A stretch of DNA of 64,000 nucleotides from Felis catus (taxonomy: Eukaryota). How positions within the stretch are numbered: the first letter of the stretch is position 1; every line of letters begins with the position of its first letter. Both the position numbers and the translations under genes were made by a program. The DNA is taken from contig NC_058368.1 in NCBI RefSeq assembly GCF_018350175.1, forward strand, positions 224,008,001 to 224,072,000, given 5' to 3'. The notes under the pieces were generated by a model. The model did no database searches and was not told where the DNA came from. It saw only the letters and a list, made by a program, of their open reading frames with translations. Shown in pieces: positions 23,613 through 36,742 of the stretch.

Positions 23613-25134
23613 CACGATTTTTACTCTTTTCTTTGTTGGTGGTGGTAAAGGTGTTCTTAGCACTGTTGATAATTACCTTGATGTTATATTATGATGCTTA
23701 AAATAAATTTTCAATTTTCAAGACCTTCTAATTTTTCTCAGATTATTCTTGTACTGAAAGATCTGATTCTAAAATATGTATGAAGATTTCCACATACACT
23801 AAATATATTGAAGCTTTCTTTCCTTTTTTTTTTCCTCTAAAGTATTGATTGTTTTTACCTAGATCACTCAATTTCAGGTTTATTTACCTTGTTCATTTGC
23901 TCAGGAAATGGTACTAAACAGAAATATACTAGCTGGGAGTACAGGTTTACTGCTTCTCGACCAGCAATCTTTTCTTTAGGTTGACAACAGGCAGGAAGAA
24001 AATGCTGTGCTAGGGGCAAATGAAAAATATAGCTGCCGTTTCTTCCTCCGTATCTTTTCTGTATTTCAATGGCGCTACATTAGTCCCTTGTTTGCACTGA
24101 TTGCCCCTTACCTACACTAATGTGCTCCTTAATCAAATCTTCAGCTTCAGGTATGACTTCCTTCTCTGATTTCTGCCCTTCACAATTTTGGATTTTTTTT
24201 TCTGTTTTGCAACTCTTTCATTTATTCATTGGAATCTCCATTTTCTTTGTGATTGTGGAGTTCCAATCTGCTGTCTTTAATTAAAAGTATATAATGGAAG
24301 ACTTTCTTTTTTCAGAGTAAGCAATATATTGAAAAGCCCCCATTAACACTTAAATGTGTTTTCTGTCTTTTCAATTTAAAATTCCATATTTATTTTTAAA
24401 TTGGCTTTTAAATAAATTGCCATTTATTAATTGCAACTCTATTTTTGTGAGATATTGCTTTTTAATCTTAATGCATGTTACTTCTATTTTTTTTTATTAA
24501 GCTTTATTCCTTTTCTGTGGAGTCATATAATGGTGCATTGATTTTTACATGATTCGATTTGAAAAAAAAATGACAGTGTTACATTTTTGTTCCTTATCCT
24601 TAAAAAAATGAGTCCATGAAGTGATGCATTAAATACTAATGGAGAGAAGATCAGGCTGATATAGCAATTATTGGAATGTTATTTGTTTTGATGCCTCAAT
24701 ATTGAATAGATTATATAAAAACTTCAGAATGTAAGCTCTTTAAAAGCATAGATCATGTCTTTATACATCATTTCTCTATTCCTGGTGCAAACGTTGGATA
24801 GGCTATCAATAAATATATAAATACCTACCAAAGGAATAACTTTGCAGATGCTTTAGGTTTAAAAACCTCTGTCCTATCTGTCTCTCTGTCTCTCTGTCTC
24901 TCTGTCTCATAAGCACAAAGAGAAATTAAATAGCACCCCAAAACAGAACAATGATCAGGTCTTCCACCTCTAAATGTATGAAAGATTTTACCTATGAATG
25001 GAACAGAGACGAAATTCTTGCTCAAGAAAAAGGATAAGCAGTGCACATGGGGAAAAAATGCAATCTCATTAAATTATATGGCTGCATTATGGGAAAACTT
25101 CACTGTCTTAAGTACCCACATGGAATAAAATGAA

Positions 25135-25402
25135 AAATTTTATTTTCTTTAATACTTATAAAACATACCTACTGTGAGTCAGTCACTGATCTAAGGTTTT
25201 TGCAAATATTATTTTGTTTAGTACTCAAAACACACTATGAGATTGCTAGCTCCATGTTATATATGAAAAAACTGAAGCACAGAAGGTTTGAGTATCTTGT
25301 TAATGATAATACAGTTAGAAAGTGATGGAACCACTACTGAATTTAGGTAATTCGACTCATGAATTTAACTTTCATGAATTTAACCATTAATCTGCACTGT
25401 CC
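25135..25402 (-). mobile_element. MIR
   Basis: MIR core atatgaaaaaactgaagcacagaaggtttgagtatcttg..acagttagaaagtgatggaacc. Confidence 0.75.
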
Positions 25403-25687
25403 CATGTAAACATCTAGCCATAAGAATATTAAAGGGAAAAAAATCCAATACTGTAGACACCATTTGACTGCTTATATATCACGGACATCAGTAAAATTTA
25501 ACAAAATAAGTATCCAATTCATTACCTGGTGAATTGTCATCATGTCTGAGCAAACCTGTCATGAGGAAGGTAGTGAAGAGAAATCGGAATGTATTTTATT
25601 GTGCATTTTTTTAGAAGTATATCTCCTTGATATTTGTAGACTAATCCAATTAAAGATACTTCAAGCAGTGCTAAAAACTGCTATGAA

Positions 25688-25693
<6 letters not shown>

Positions 25694-25729
<36 letters not shown>

Positions 25730-25750
25730 TATATATATACATATATATGT
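25694..25750. repeat. (TA)n/(CA)n microsatellite
   Basis: Direct reading. Confidence 0.95.
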
Positions 25751-28039
25751 ATATCTATGCATATATTACAAACATATGGGTATCACTATATATCAAACTG
25801 ATATAAAAATAAAACTTCAGCGAATTTAGAAAAATACATAAATAATGGACAGATATTTATCATATGTACCTTAATCAAAAAGTCTTAATTGCATACATTT
25901 GTCTCTCTTTTTATTAACTTCTGTACACAATCAGTACAATTATTCAGAACAAGAATCTTTGGTTCTAACACACAGACACAGTTGCATATGACCATTGATA
26001 ATTTTGCACAGAGCTATCAAAATGATTAGAGAAGATACAGTTCTTTCTAAATTGCGTCTCTTCATTCACTTGAAATACTCCTGAAGTTATTCTCTCAAAT
26101 TGTGATTCGTAGCCTATACGTTATTTAGTTTCAAAATAACAAGTAGACTTGTTTCCATTCAAATTGAGGCATTAATTATATGATATATGTTTTCAGTTAA
26201 GGGTTTCTTGACATCAGGAGCAATAGTTTAAGGGCTCAGCACAGTATTTTGAGTGCATTCTGGAATTCATGAATCCACAGTGCACATGTGGATGCTTGAA
26301 TATCTTCACACATCCTCCACTCCCATCTACAAAATGTTCATGTATGCAGGTTTGGGGTAGACATTAGTGTGCATGATAGAGAGAAATAGGTTCATTAGAT
26401 TTCATCTTTTTGAACTTATCATGGTACAGGAATTCTTGGTAACAGATTCTGCAGCAACATAGAGTTACCTAGATTTTAGGATTTAGACTTCAACTATTAA
26501 CTGTCACAAACGTTCTTTCATGACTTACCCAATTTCCCATCTCCTTTCAATTTTCACAAAAATTCTGAAGCATTCATCGTCAGAATTTTTTAAACTTTAC
26601 TGTTAAAATGATCATTCAATCCATTTAAGTAATGGCATCGATAATACTGCAATTATTGTTTGTTACAATAATCATTTACCAAACACATCTCTGGCATACA
26701 AGAAATGCTTGATAATATCAACTTTAAATATGATTTATAATAGCTAACTAAAATAATAACACAATAATATAGCTATTATTTACTTATTTCTTAACTCAAA
26801 AGCATCTTAAAATTGGAAATTTGATATTGTCTACTTCCCTTCCTGTTTAGTTGAAGGAAACTAATACTTCACATTACAAATGTGCCAGGGTCTTCCAAGT
26901 GAAGACAAAGTTTGGGTTCATTCTACAAATAGCACAAAATGCAGTATAATGAGAGCATAAGGATATGTCAGAATGAAATGGAAAGATAAAACAAAGAACT
27001 TTTTTTTTTTTTTTTTTTTTTAGAACCATCTTGCAGAAGGTTTTAAGTGACAGGATAAGAAATCTGGGTTTAGTTAGGTCAGTGGAGAGAGACTATCAAG
27101 AAAAATTTATCAGGATAATAATAGGATTAGAACTGTGTTTTAAAAAGATAAAACTTAGAGCTAGGCAAGGGATGAATTTGGAGCAGAGGAAGATTAGAAG
27201 ATTTAACCAGTCAGGACACTTTCAGCAGAACAAGGGACAGTTCGAATAATGGCAGAGAAAATGACGCTTTGCAATTGCACAGTGATTCCTAATTTGGCTT
27301 ATGTCTCATTGTATCATTTGATTTGCTGAGCAATCTCACTAAGCAGGAAACCACAGATTCCAAAGAAAATATTGTTATCTTATTTCCATAGTCTGAGAAA
27401 AAAAATGAATTATTTGTCTGTGAGGAATTGATGAGTAGAAAGTTTTCTTTTGAAATCTAGATACATTTTTTTTTCTCAAAACTAATGATGTATAAGCAAA
27501 TATTTAATGAAAGGCATAATATTGGTCAAGAGAGAGAGAAGCATCAATGTTGATCAAAAGAAAAAAAAAAGCTTCTGTGACCTGAGGAGAATGCTTATAT
27601 TAAAACAGAAAATTATAGTGAACTGCTGATCTATAGGGGGGGTAAGAGGGAGTAGAGGAGATCACTTAGGGAAAGAGAGAGGGAGATGATAGAGGGACAG
27701 AGAGATAGATGATAAAGCATTTTTAAAAACTCCATTTGTCATATTTATGTTTACACCTCAAATATTTTAGTCATGGATTGCTAAACCATATAACAAAGGG
27801 CTGTATACAAGGAAACCATGTGCCAAATGATCAACTGCTCATGACAAAAAAGCAAATGTCACCACAATATAAAACCACTTGTAATATGTCAGTATTTTTG
27901 TCACCTTACACGTTCTCTCTCTGTCTCCGCACATACACATACACACACACCACTTCTTTTTCAGCCAAATTACAGAATTCTGAATCCACTTAGGATGCAG
28001 AAGTCCAAAAGAGAATCAAAATTCAAATATCATTTACAA

Positions 28040-28280
28040 ACCATCTGGTTCTATTTATATGGCAGACTCAAAGACAAAACTATGAGAACTATTTTCAGGT
28101 TAGTGGCTACAGGGTGGGCATGAAAGGAGGAAATTGAACAAAAGGGACACGAAGAACCTTGGGGGTGATGGAAATGTGCTATATCTTAATTATGGTGGTG
28201 TTTACCCAATTTTATATATTTGGCAAAACTGTAATTCCAAAAAGTTTTCTTTTACTGTGCGTGAATTATACCTTTCATGG
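28040..28280 (+). mobile_element. Old L1 (L1MC/ME-like) 3' end
   Basis: gggggtgatggaaatgtgctatatcttaattatggtggtg..gtgaattatacct. Confidence 0.75.
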
Positions 28281-28599
28281 ACCCAGTTTTGAAGACAACC
28301 ATATGATTTGTCATACATCCCTGCTCTTGGAAGCAAACCAAATTCAACTCAGGTGAAAACAGTTATTTTTAGAAATTCAACCAAAAATAAGTTGCCTGCA
28401 CATCCAGCTGCTTCTCTTCGTGAAAATATAATTGGCATCCGTGGCAATCCACCACTTAAAAAGGGGAAATTCTAATCACTCAGAGTTAAACAGTCTGATA
28501 CATTGTCAGAAAATCTCAAATCAAGGAGATTTTTACAGGTGGAATCTGTACTAGGAGGTTGTCTCTATAAAAGTCTCAGAAAGATTTGAGAAAGATGAA

Positions 28600-28760
28600 T
28601 TTGCTCACCGAATCGTGAATGTAAATATGTGTTTTACCATATATAGTCAGACAGTATTCTAGATTCTAGATACTGGGTACATAGAAGAAAATAGATAAAA
28701 TTCCTGCCTCATGGAGCTTACATTCTAGTGAAGAAGACATGATACACTAATAAGGTAATC
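28600..28760 (-). mobile_element. L2 3' fragment
   Basis: attcctgcctcatggagcttacattctagtg. Confidence 0.7.
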
Positions 28761-29069
28761 CACATATTGCAAAATCAAGCTACTGAACAAATCAAATCAG
28801 AGCATCAATTCAACTACTACTGATGGGCTAGGAACCAATTTTCATCCTTCCAAAGAAATGTTTGGCAAATCTCTGGGAAGTTTTCAACTTTTACTGGTGA
28901 TTAACAATGAACGCCTACCATTCCATCACCCCAAAGTGCAATGGAAACAGTTTTTTATGGTGACGTTGAAGAGAGGGTGATGGCAGGCTTCCATTTGCCT
29001 TATTTCTGGATGAGAAATATCTTATTTTACATATTCATTTGCCATTCCCAAGTACCTAACAGGGAGATT

Positions 29070-29330
29070 TAAGAATATTTTATGCCAGGCACTGTTCTCA
29101 GTGCTTTCATGTGTATTAGACCATTTATTGGTCATTAGACCATTAACAATAGGCTTTGAGAAAGACCTCATTCTCATCATCAGCTACAGTTGCCAGTTAC
29201 CAAAGCCAAAGATTGGTAAGGTGACTTACCAAAGGTCTCCTAACTGGTAATAGTTGTAATAGTTGTGACCCTAATTTAATCTCAGATAGCCTGGACGTAG
29301 AGTTGATGTTTGCCTATTCTATACCTTCTA
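29070..29330 (-). mobile_element. MIR
   Basis: tatgccaggcactgttctcagtgctttc..aaggtgacttaccaaaggtc. Confidence 0.7.
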
Positions 29331-29658
29331 TACACCATTCTATACACTAGAAGTTTTGGATATCCCCCTCAGCCTTTTACTCACAAGAAAAGTCTCATGG
29401 AATTAGTATGGGGCGCCTCTTTCATATAACAAAATGAATATCAAAATTTTTCTTTTGATATTAAATAACCAACATTAGCAGATGATCTATAACGTGAGAA
29501 GCACCTGGGCTTTGTGTCTGTTTTATTCACTACCATCTCCAGACCACTGTAGGACAATGTCTCACCCATGTTACTTGTTCCATAAATATTCTAAATGGGC
29601 CTCTTTGAGTTTCAATGACAAATATTCTTTTCTCAGTTTGCTATTTGTGTATCTCGTG

Positions 29659-30035
29659 TGTTAATGTACGGATTAGGTTCAAGGTGGAGTCACTCATGCT
29701 AAGCCCATCTCAGCAAACCAGAGATGCTTGGCTCTCAGAGGAGGAAGGCATAGGTCAAACAGTCTGCACTTACTTGCTCAGCACAAGTTATGTGATCAAG
29801 TCCCAAGACTTCCCTTTGCTCCATGTAAGGAAAGTAACTCTGCTTTAATCAATCAGCAAATGCCCAAATATGACTACCATGTTCCTGCTCATTTTGGTCT
29901 ATAAAAATATTTCATTTTGTACAGCTCATCTAAAGCTCCTTTCTATATGTTAGATTGGATGCTGTCCAATTCATGAATCACTGGATGAGTGCCTACCAGG
30001 TCAGTAAATTGTCCGTGGAAATTTTTATTTTAACA
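29659..30035 (+). mobile_element. ERV1 solo LTR (MER34-like)
   Basis: Inverted termini TGTTAA...TTAACA; TATAAAA at ~29900; ttagattggatgctgtccaattcatgaatc resembles the MER34 3' part. Confidence 0.75.
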
Positions 30036-30340
30036 ATTACAACCTGGTATATTTTCATCATGTGAATGTACTTATTCCTGGTCAGATCTCCCCATGGATT
30101 GAGATGAAATTGGAAAAATGTCAGTGAATTTCACACATTTCATAAAGTTGCTATTGTTATATCCTAGTAAAATCCTTTGCATTATTTCCACTTCAATATT
30201 TTCCCATTTTACACTTAAGATTTGATTAGTGAAAAATCATATTCCAAATGCTAGGTCCTTTGTTCATATGCTTGGAAATAATTCTGAGAGCATTATATAA
30301 ATATTCTTTTTCTCTCCTATGTGATTAAATTGTGCTTTCT

Positions 30341-30562
30341 GGGTGCCTGGGTGGCTCAGTCTGGTAAGCGTCCAACTTCGACTTCAGCTCAGGTCATGAT
30401 CTCAGGGTTTGTGAGGTCGGGCCCTGTATTGGGCTCTGTGCTGACAACTCAGAGCCTGGAGACTGGTTCAGATTCGGTGTCTTCCTCCCTCTCTTTGCTC
30501 TCTCCTGCTTGTACTCTGTCTCTCTTTCTCTCAAAAATAAGTAAAACATTTTTAAAAACTTT
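30341..30562 (+). mobile_element. Can-SINE
   Basis: Head and tail; degenerate TSD taaattgtgctttct/ttaattgcactttct. Confidence 0.94.
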
Positions 30563-30989
30563 TAATTGCACTTTCTGATGCTCTTTGAACTTGGATATGT
30601 TCCCGGTGATATGAGGGCCCTTAAAATGAGATTGGGAGTAATATGAGTAATTTTAACGTGGAGATATTAAAATCCAGAATACAAGTCACCCTATACTTAT
30701 CATCATGCTTCAAATTACCCGTGCGTGGTACTGAGTCTCAAGTTCTAACCAGCTGGGTCCCTGAAGTCCCAGGGTGACTTCTATGAACAGAAGCTATCAT
30801 GGTACTCCACAGTGACCTTGATAAAAAAAAATTACCTTTATTTTACCATGTGTCTGAGATTTAGGTGTTGTTATTGTAACCTGTCATGACATAATGATAA
30901 TATTCTATCCCATAGCTGATAAAAGAATAGCTACTTTTTTTTTTTAAAGTTTTCCTCATCCAATTCGCCTACTCCCTACTCCTGTAGGA

Positions 30990-31310
30990 AAGTAATCGAA
31001 GGTACAAACTTACAGTTATAAGAGAAATAAATATTGGGAATATAACGCACACCATGACAACTACAGTTAATACTGCTATGTTGTATGTTTGAAAACTGTT
31101 AAGAGAGTAGATCCTAAGAGTTCTCATCACAAGGAAAAAAAAAACCTTTTTTTTTCTTTTAAATGTTTTCTATCTTTATGAAATGATGGATGTTAACTAA
31201 ACTTATTGTTGTCACCATTTCACAATATGTATAAGATATTATGCTTATACCTTAAACTTACACAGTGCCATATGTCAACTATATCTCAATACACTAGAAA
31301 TAAATAAATG
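30990..31310 (+). mobile_element. L1 3' end (L1MC1/L1MA9-like), followed by (CA)n at 31313-31343
   Basis: aagagagtagatcctaagagttctcatcacaagg..tatgtcaactatatctcaata. Confidence 0.85.
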
Positions 31311-31344
<34 letters not shown>

Positions 31345-31854
31345 CAGAAACAAAAACAAAACAAAAAACTCTCATTGCAGGCCTTGTGCTAGGCCGTTTA
31401 TACACCCGAGTTCAGTAATGTTAAATAACCAAATATTAACCATGTATGTGGAATCTGACCATCTTTATAGAAACCGTGTGCATTGACTGCATAATTACAC
31501 TGATTGTACACTTGTGGGAAGTACAGCTCATGAGAGTTCCGCATGTGCCCAAGGGTCTACAGCTAATGATCCGTCTGACTTCAAAGACTGTGCTCTTTCA
31601 CTCTGCCATCTTGCCCCCTGGCTCACCTCACACTTTTAAAGCATCCTTCCGCCCTTTGCCTTCAACTCGTGACAAGTTTTTGGCTTCTTTTAGAATGAAC
31701 ATTTCAGAGAAAAATAAATTGCTTGCACTGTGCCTCTGGGAAGCTACAAAATGTTACACAGAGAGGAGGATCAGATATGGAGAAGAAGCGGGCAGTTCAT
31801 TCAGACAGGAGCGATACCTTGGTAAGTAGTAAAGAATTAGTGCTGATGGTGACA

Positions 31855-31868
31855 AAAAAAAAAAAAAA

Positions 31869-31913
<45 letters not shown>

Positions 31914-31920
31914 AAAAAAG
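31855..31920. repeat. poly-A/(GAAA)n microsatellite
   Basis: Direct reading. Confidence 0.95.
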
Positions 31921-32217
31921 TGACTGTAAGTATTTTCAGTTCCTAAAAGAGCACAGAGGAGGGAAATCACTGGATTTCATAATGAAGTCAACGATTAAAT
32001 ACTTTTTTCCCCAAACTTATAATGAAATGTGAATGTTGGCATCACTTCAATTAATCAAATTCAACACAACAGTGTATTTTATAACTGTAGACTCAATTTT
32101 AAAAGGTAACGTGCAGAACAATGAGGAAACATGGATAAAAATACATGGGATTATAGATTCATTGCAAAATGTTAATTGTATTCATTAGCTTTCGGTTACT
32201 ATTGTGTGAATATACCT

Positions 32218-32715
32218 ATTACAGTGGGCTGAACTGTACTCTGAGTATACGTTAGCATCCTAACCCTCAAAACTGGTGAACATTGTCTGATATGGAATAA
32301 AAGTAAATATTATTTTATGTGGGGAAAAAATATGACTAAGTTAAAGACCTCGAGAGGAGGAGTCTCCCCTGAATTATCAAGATGGCTCCCAAATGCACGT
32401 TCTGAGATACTGACCCTCACAGAGGAGAAAGCTTTGTGAAGGTAGAGGCAGAGATTTGAATGATATGACCACAAGCCCAGGAATCTCAGCAGCCACTAGG
32501 ACCTGGAAGGAGCAGGCAAGGAATGGAATCCCCCCTAGAGTTTCCAGAAGGAGTGCATCCTTGCAACACTTTGGTTTAGGATCTAGTCTCCAGAAATGCA
32601 AAATAATAAATTTCTGTTGTTTTTTTTGGTGGCAGGAAGTAGGGTGCTTAAAAATATGGAAGTAGCTTTAGAGTTGGTGATGAGTAGAGACTGGAAAATT
32701 TGTGAGGTGTATGAG
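32218..32715 (+). mobile_element. MaLR LTR (MLT1B/C-like) plus the start of MLT1 internal sequence
   Basis: gtgaaggtagaggcagagatt..ctccagaaatgcaaaataataaatttctgttg, then aaatatggaagtagctttagagttgg. Confidence 0.82.
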
Positions 32716-32954
32716 AGCCACAGAAGTTAATATACATATTTAGATGTTGTTAACCAACAGACTTACACATGCTTCCGCCAACATGTACCATACAGCCCAC
32801 TGCTCCATAGCAGACTTTGCTGCAAATATTATAACTTAAAAAATAAAAACAGAAACGAGCACCTAGAAGACATTGGGGGTCAGAAAAAACAACAAAAGAC
32901 CTACATGAAAGGAAATTAATCAATCAAACCATTCATCACATCAACTACTCTCAC

Positions 32955-33162
32955 TTTTTTTTTTTAATTTTTTAACGTTTATTTATTTTCAAAAGAGAGA
33001 GAGAGGAAGAGTGTGAGCAGGGAAGGAGCAGAGAGAGAGAGGGAGATACAGAATCCAAAGCTGACTCCAGGCTCCGAACTATCAGCACAGAGCCCAATGT
33101 TCGTGAGATCAAGACCTGAGCCAAAGTCCTACACTTAACCGACTGAGCCACCCAGGTGCCCC
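32955..33162 (-). mobile_element. Can-SINE
   Basis: 12-bp TSD tcaactactctc (32941 and 33163). Confidence 0.96.
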
Positions 33163-33280
33163 TCAACTACTCTCCTAATATTACCACTTTCAAATACTGC
33201 ATAATATAAAACCTTGTCCTACCAATATAATTCTTACATACGTATATATAATTTTAAGATTTCCTAGCAGCTTACTTTTC

Positions 33281-33562
33281 TTTTTTCTAATTTTTCCCCA
33301 GATGTGTTAATTGACAAATAATTGACAAATAAAAATTGTATACATTTAAATATATAATACAATCCAGCAATCCCACATTGGGGTATATTCCCAAAGGAAA
33401 TAAATTCACAGTCTCCAAGAGATATCTGCATTCCCATATTCATTGAGGCAGTCTTCACTGCAGCCTAAATAAGGACAGAAGCTACTATCCAGGACAGATG
33501 AATAAATAAAGAAAAAGTGGTATATATAAATATACACATATATACATATATAATATAATGGT
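33281..33562. mobile_element. Short L1 with a possible 5' inversion
   Basis: Minus-strand L1 3' terminus (33281-33357) abuts plus-strand ORF2-end sequence aatccagcaatcccacattggggtatattcccaaagg. Confidence 0.65.
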
Positions 33563-33599
33563 ATGCTTTTCTAAACTTCAACTTCCAACTTTATTTTCT

Positions 33600-34459
33600 G
33601 CTTTAAATATATTATCCATCGTTTAATTGGAATGTGGTTGAATTTTAGGGGTATTTTATACAATCTGGATGTATTAGCTTTATTCAGCTAATAAAGCAGT
33701 GTGATTAGAACATAATTTCTCCCAGTCATGTATGTTGTATTTCACTCCATCGATCATGTCTTCCTCAGAATAAAAGTTTTCACTTTTGAAAAAGTCCAGT
33801 TTGTCACGTTTTTTCATAGAACATATAGATTTTCTCCTATATATATGCTTTTATGATTTAACATTTTATGTTTAGTTATGTGGTCTATTTTCAATTTTAT
33901 CAGTATGAGGCATGCTTCAAAGTTCTTATTTTTATATATGACATATCATTGTCCCAGGATCCTGGAGCCTATAGACTTTTACATGTAGATTTTGATAGAT
34001 GTCTTCTATAAGATTGAGGAATATCCTTTTTTTTTTACCTAGGTTGCTGGTGTGTATGATCATGAGTAGATGTTGAATTTTGTAGCATTTTCTGCATCTA
34101 TATTTTTTCTAATTTAATAAACTAATCTGAATCATATTCCCTAGTATTCAAATATTGAACCAGACTTACATTTCTCTGATGAATCACCCTTACTTGCTAT
34201 TATCTTTTTATATATTTTTCATTTTCATAAAATATACTACTCTAACCATTGTTAAAGGTAAAGTTCAGTGGCACTAAGTACACACATTCATACTATTGTG
34301 TAACTATCATTACCGTCCGTTCACAGTACTCTACAACCTGCAAAGCTCAAACTCTACCCATTCAACAATAACTCCCCATGATTTCTTACCCCCAATCCCT
34401 GGCAACCACCATTTTTCTTTCCCTCCCCCCTCCCTCTCTTTCTTCCTACCTTTTTCTCC

Positions 34460-34509
<50 letters not shown>

Positions 34510-34890
34510 CTCCCTTTCTTTCTTCCTCTTTCTTTCTCTTTCTTTCTTTCTTTCTTTCTTTCACTCTCTCTCTCTCTCTTCTTTCTTTTCTTCCTTTCAT
34601 TCTTCTTCCTCTTGCTCTTTTTTTTTTCCTTTCTTAATTGTCCCTTTACATATATTGCTAGGTACAAATAGCTAATATTTTTTGAGGATGATTATGTCTA
34701 TATTCATGAGAATTTTTAGCCTGAAGTTTTATTTCTTTGTCATTCTCTGCTTTTTATAGTAGGGGAATGCGACTATAAAATGGCTAGAGCAGTACTGCCT
34801 CATCTTTGATTACCCGGAGGTGATTGTGTAGAATTGGTGTCATTTCATCTTTAAGTGTTTGTTAGATTTGACCAGAGAAAGTTCCATGCT
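33600..34890 (-). mobile_element. Old L1M fragments including an L1MB-like 3' end (34210-34412) and a (CTTT)n/(CT)n tract (34415-34635)
   Basis: aagttcagtggcactaagtacacacattcata..cccctggcaaccaccatt; ORF2-type antisense sequence on both sides. Confidence 0.7.
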
Positions 34891-35131
34891 TAGATGTTTT
34901 GTTTTGCTTTGCTTTGTATTTTTTTTTTTTGAAAGAAAATTGAAAGTGGCCCATTGGGGTTTCAAATTTAGGCTGTCTGGTTTCAAAGACCCCATTCTCA
35001 GCCAGTTTGCATTGTCTTAAGGTTAAAAATAAGTTCTTATTTATGTTGAATATAATAGGAAAACAAGTACTGAAAGGTTTCAATTACTCTTTAAAATCCT
35101 CAAGCACAACTATAGGAATGTTAGCTGATTT

Positions 35132-35321
35132 ATGTTTTATTTATTTATTTTGAGAGAAAGACAGTGCAAGAGAGGGAGGGAGAGAGAGAGAATCCCAAGC
35201 AGGGATTCTGACCTGCCAGCACAGAGCCCCATATGGGACTCAAATCCACAACCCCCGAGATCATGACCTGAGCTGAAACCAAGAGTCGGTCACTTAAATG
35301 ACTGAGCCACCCAGGTGCCCC
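35132..35321 (-). mobile_element. Can-SINE
   Basis: Head and tail; flanks ctgattt. Confidence 0.94.
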
Positions 35322-35384
35322 TGATTTTTTTTTAAGGAAATAAATAAAGTTTTCCCATTCAATTTTATATAAGTGTGGTCTTGG

Positions 35385-35790
35385 AGTGGCTGTCCTGTAG
35401 GAGACTACACTTCCAGCTGTATCAGATTGTGGATGGGGCCATGTGACTAATCCTCACCAATGGAATGTGGGCTAAAGGAATGGCTTTCACTTCAAGGCTG
35501 AACTGGTTAAAAGCCTTTGTGCCTTTTCAATTTTGTCTTGGAAAATTTGTCTTCCTGTTTTTGGTAGCTGAATACTGAAGGCAACTTATTTTGAAAGTCA
35601 TGCACAGAGATGGAACAGTAACCCTCAGACGAATCCCTTCCTGAATTTGTAAAGCAGAAGTTATTCACCCTCAAATTGACCCCAAACTTCCATCTTGAAC
35701 TTTTAAGAGCATAAGAACTAAACTTCTACATATGAATCTACTGAAAGCTTGGAGTTTGTTATAACTGCTTGTGTTATCTTTCCTAATATA
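35385..35790 (+). mobile_element. MaLR LTR (MLT1J-like)
   Basis: ggggccatgtgactaatcctcaccaatggaatgtggg..ttcctaatata. Confidence 0.7.
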
Positions 35791-36464
35791 GACATTTGCT
35801 ACAAAAACGGCTTACCAATTCACACAGCTGTTGGCAAAGAAATATTTATCAAAGGCATAGGAGAAGGATACTCTCGCGCATTTGGTAAAACTGTTTCTTG
35901 AGATAATGCAGAAGATGGATCTAGCCTTCATTGCCTGCAGCTAAGGGGGGGAAACAATGAAAGCGCAATGTTATTAGACACTGAGATTCTGAAAGCTTTT
36001 GCATTCTGTTCTGTTAAAACATGCATCTCTGTTATGCAAATTCTTTCATATATAAATGATGAATAGGGGAGTGATGTGAATATAATGCAGAAGACACGTT
36101 GGATGACGGTTTTTATTTTCTAGCCTGTTAATATTTTGAACCACCTAGTGATAGCAACGGACTGCACGTATATTAACATTGCTGAGGAGGGCAGAGGCAC
36201 ACAGTGATTCATCACACACCTTCAGCCTGCTTTCTTCCTCTTGGCTCAGGTTAGCCACGTGGTCCATAGAGAAAGTGCTTCCCACGTCAACTGTGGGATC
36301 TTTGTGTATTTGTCACGGCCAGCTTATTCAACCTTTCCTTGCCTTGCATGCATTTTCATTCAAGCTACCTTTACCAAAAGTTTGAAGATGAACTTAATAT
36401 ATTTACGGAACAAAGTATATGCCTTCATTAGGATTTTGCATCCCTTTAAACTCTGTTGTTGTTT

Positions 36465-36680
36465 TCTTTCTTTCTTTCTTTTTTATCTTTATTTATTTAT
36501 TTTGAGACAGGGACAGAGCAAGCTGGGGAGGGGCAGAGAGAGAGGAGAGAGAATCTCAAGCAGGCTTCACGGTGCCAGAGCAGAGACTGACACAGGGTTC
36601 GAACTCACGAAACGGTGTAATCATGACAGACCGGAAACTAAGAGCAGGACCTTTAACCAACGGAGACACCCAGGCGCCCC
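36465..36680 (-). mobile_element. Can-SINE
   Basis: Head and tail; TSD tgttgttttct. Confidence 0.93.
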
Positions 36681-36742
36681 TTCAGTGTTGTTTTCTCAAG
36701 GAATTTAAAAATTACTATTATAACTGCTTCATTTACAAATCA

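Noticed and set aside
34296..34671. Four overlapping Lys/Glu/Arg- or Phe/Leu/Ser-rich ORFs
   Set aside because: Artefacts of the (CTTT)n/(CT)n microsatellite.
36027..36041. Near SOX-OCT composite ctctgttatgcaaat
   Set aside because: Mismatch in the SOX core, isolated, and adjacent to decayed MaLR sequence.
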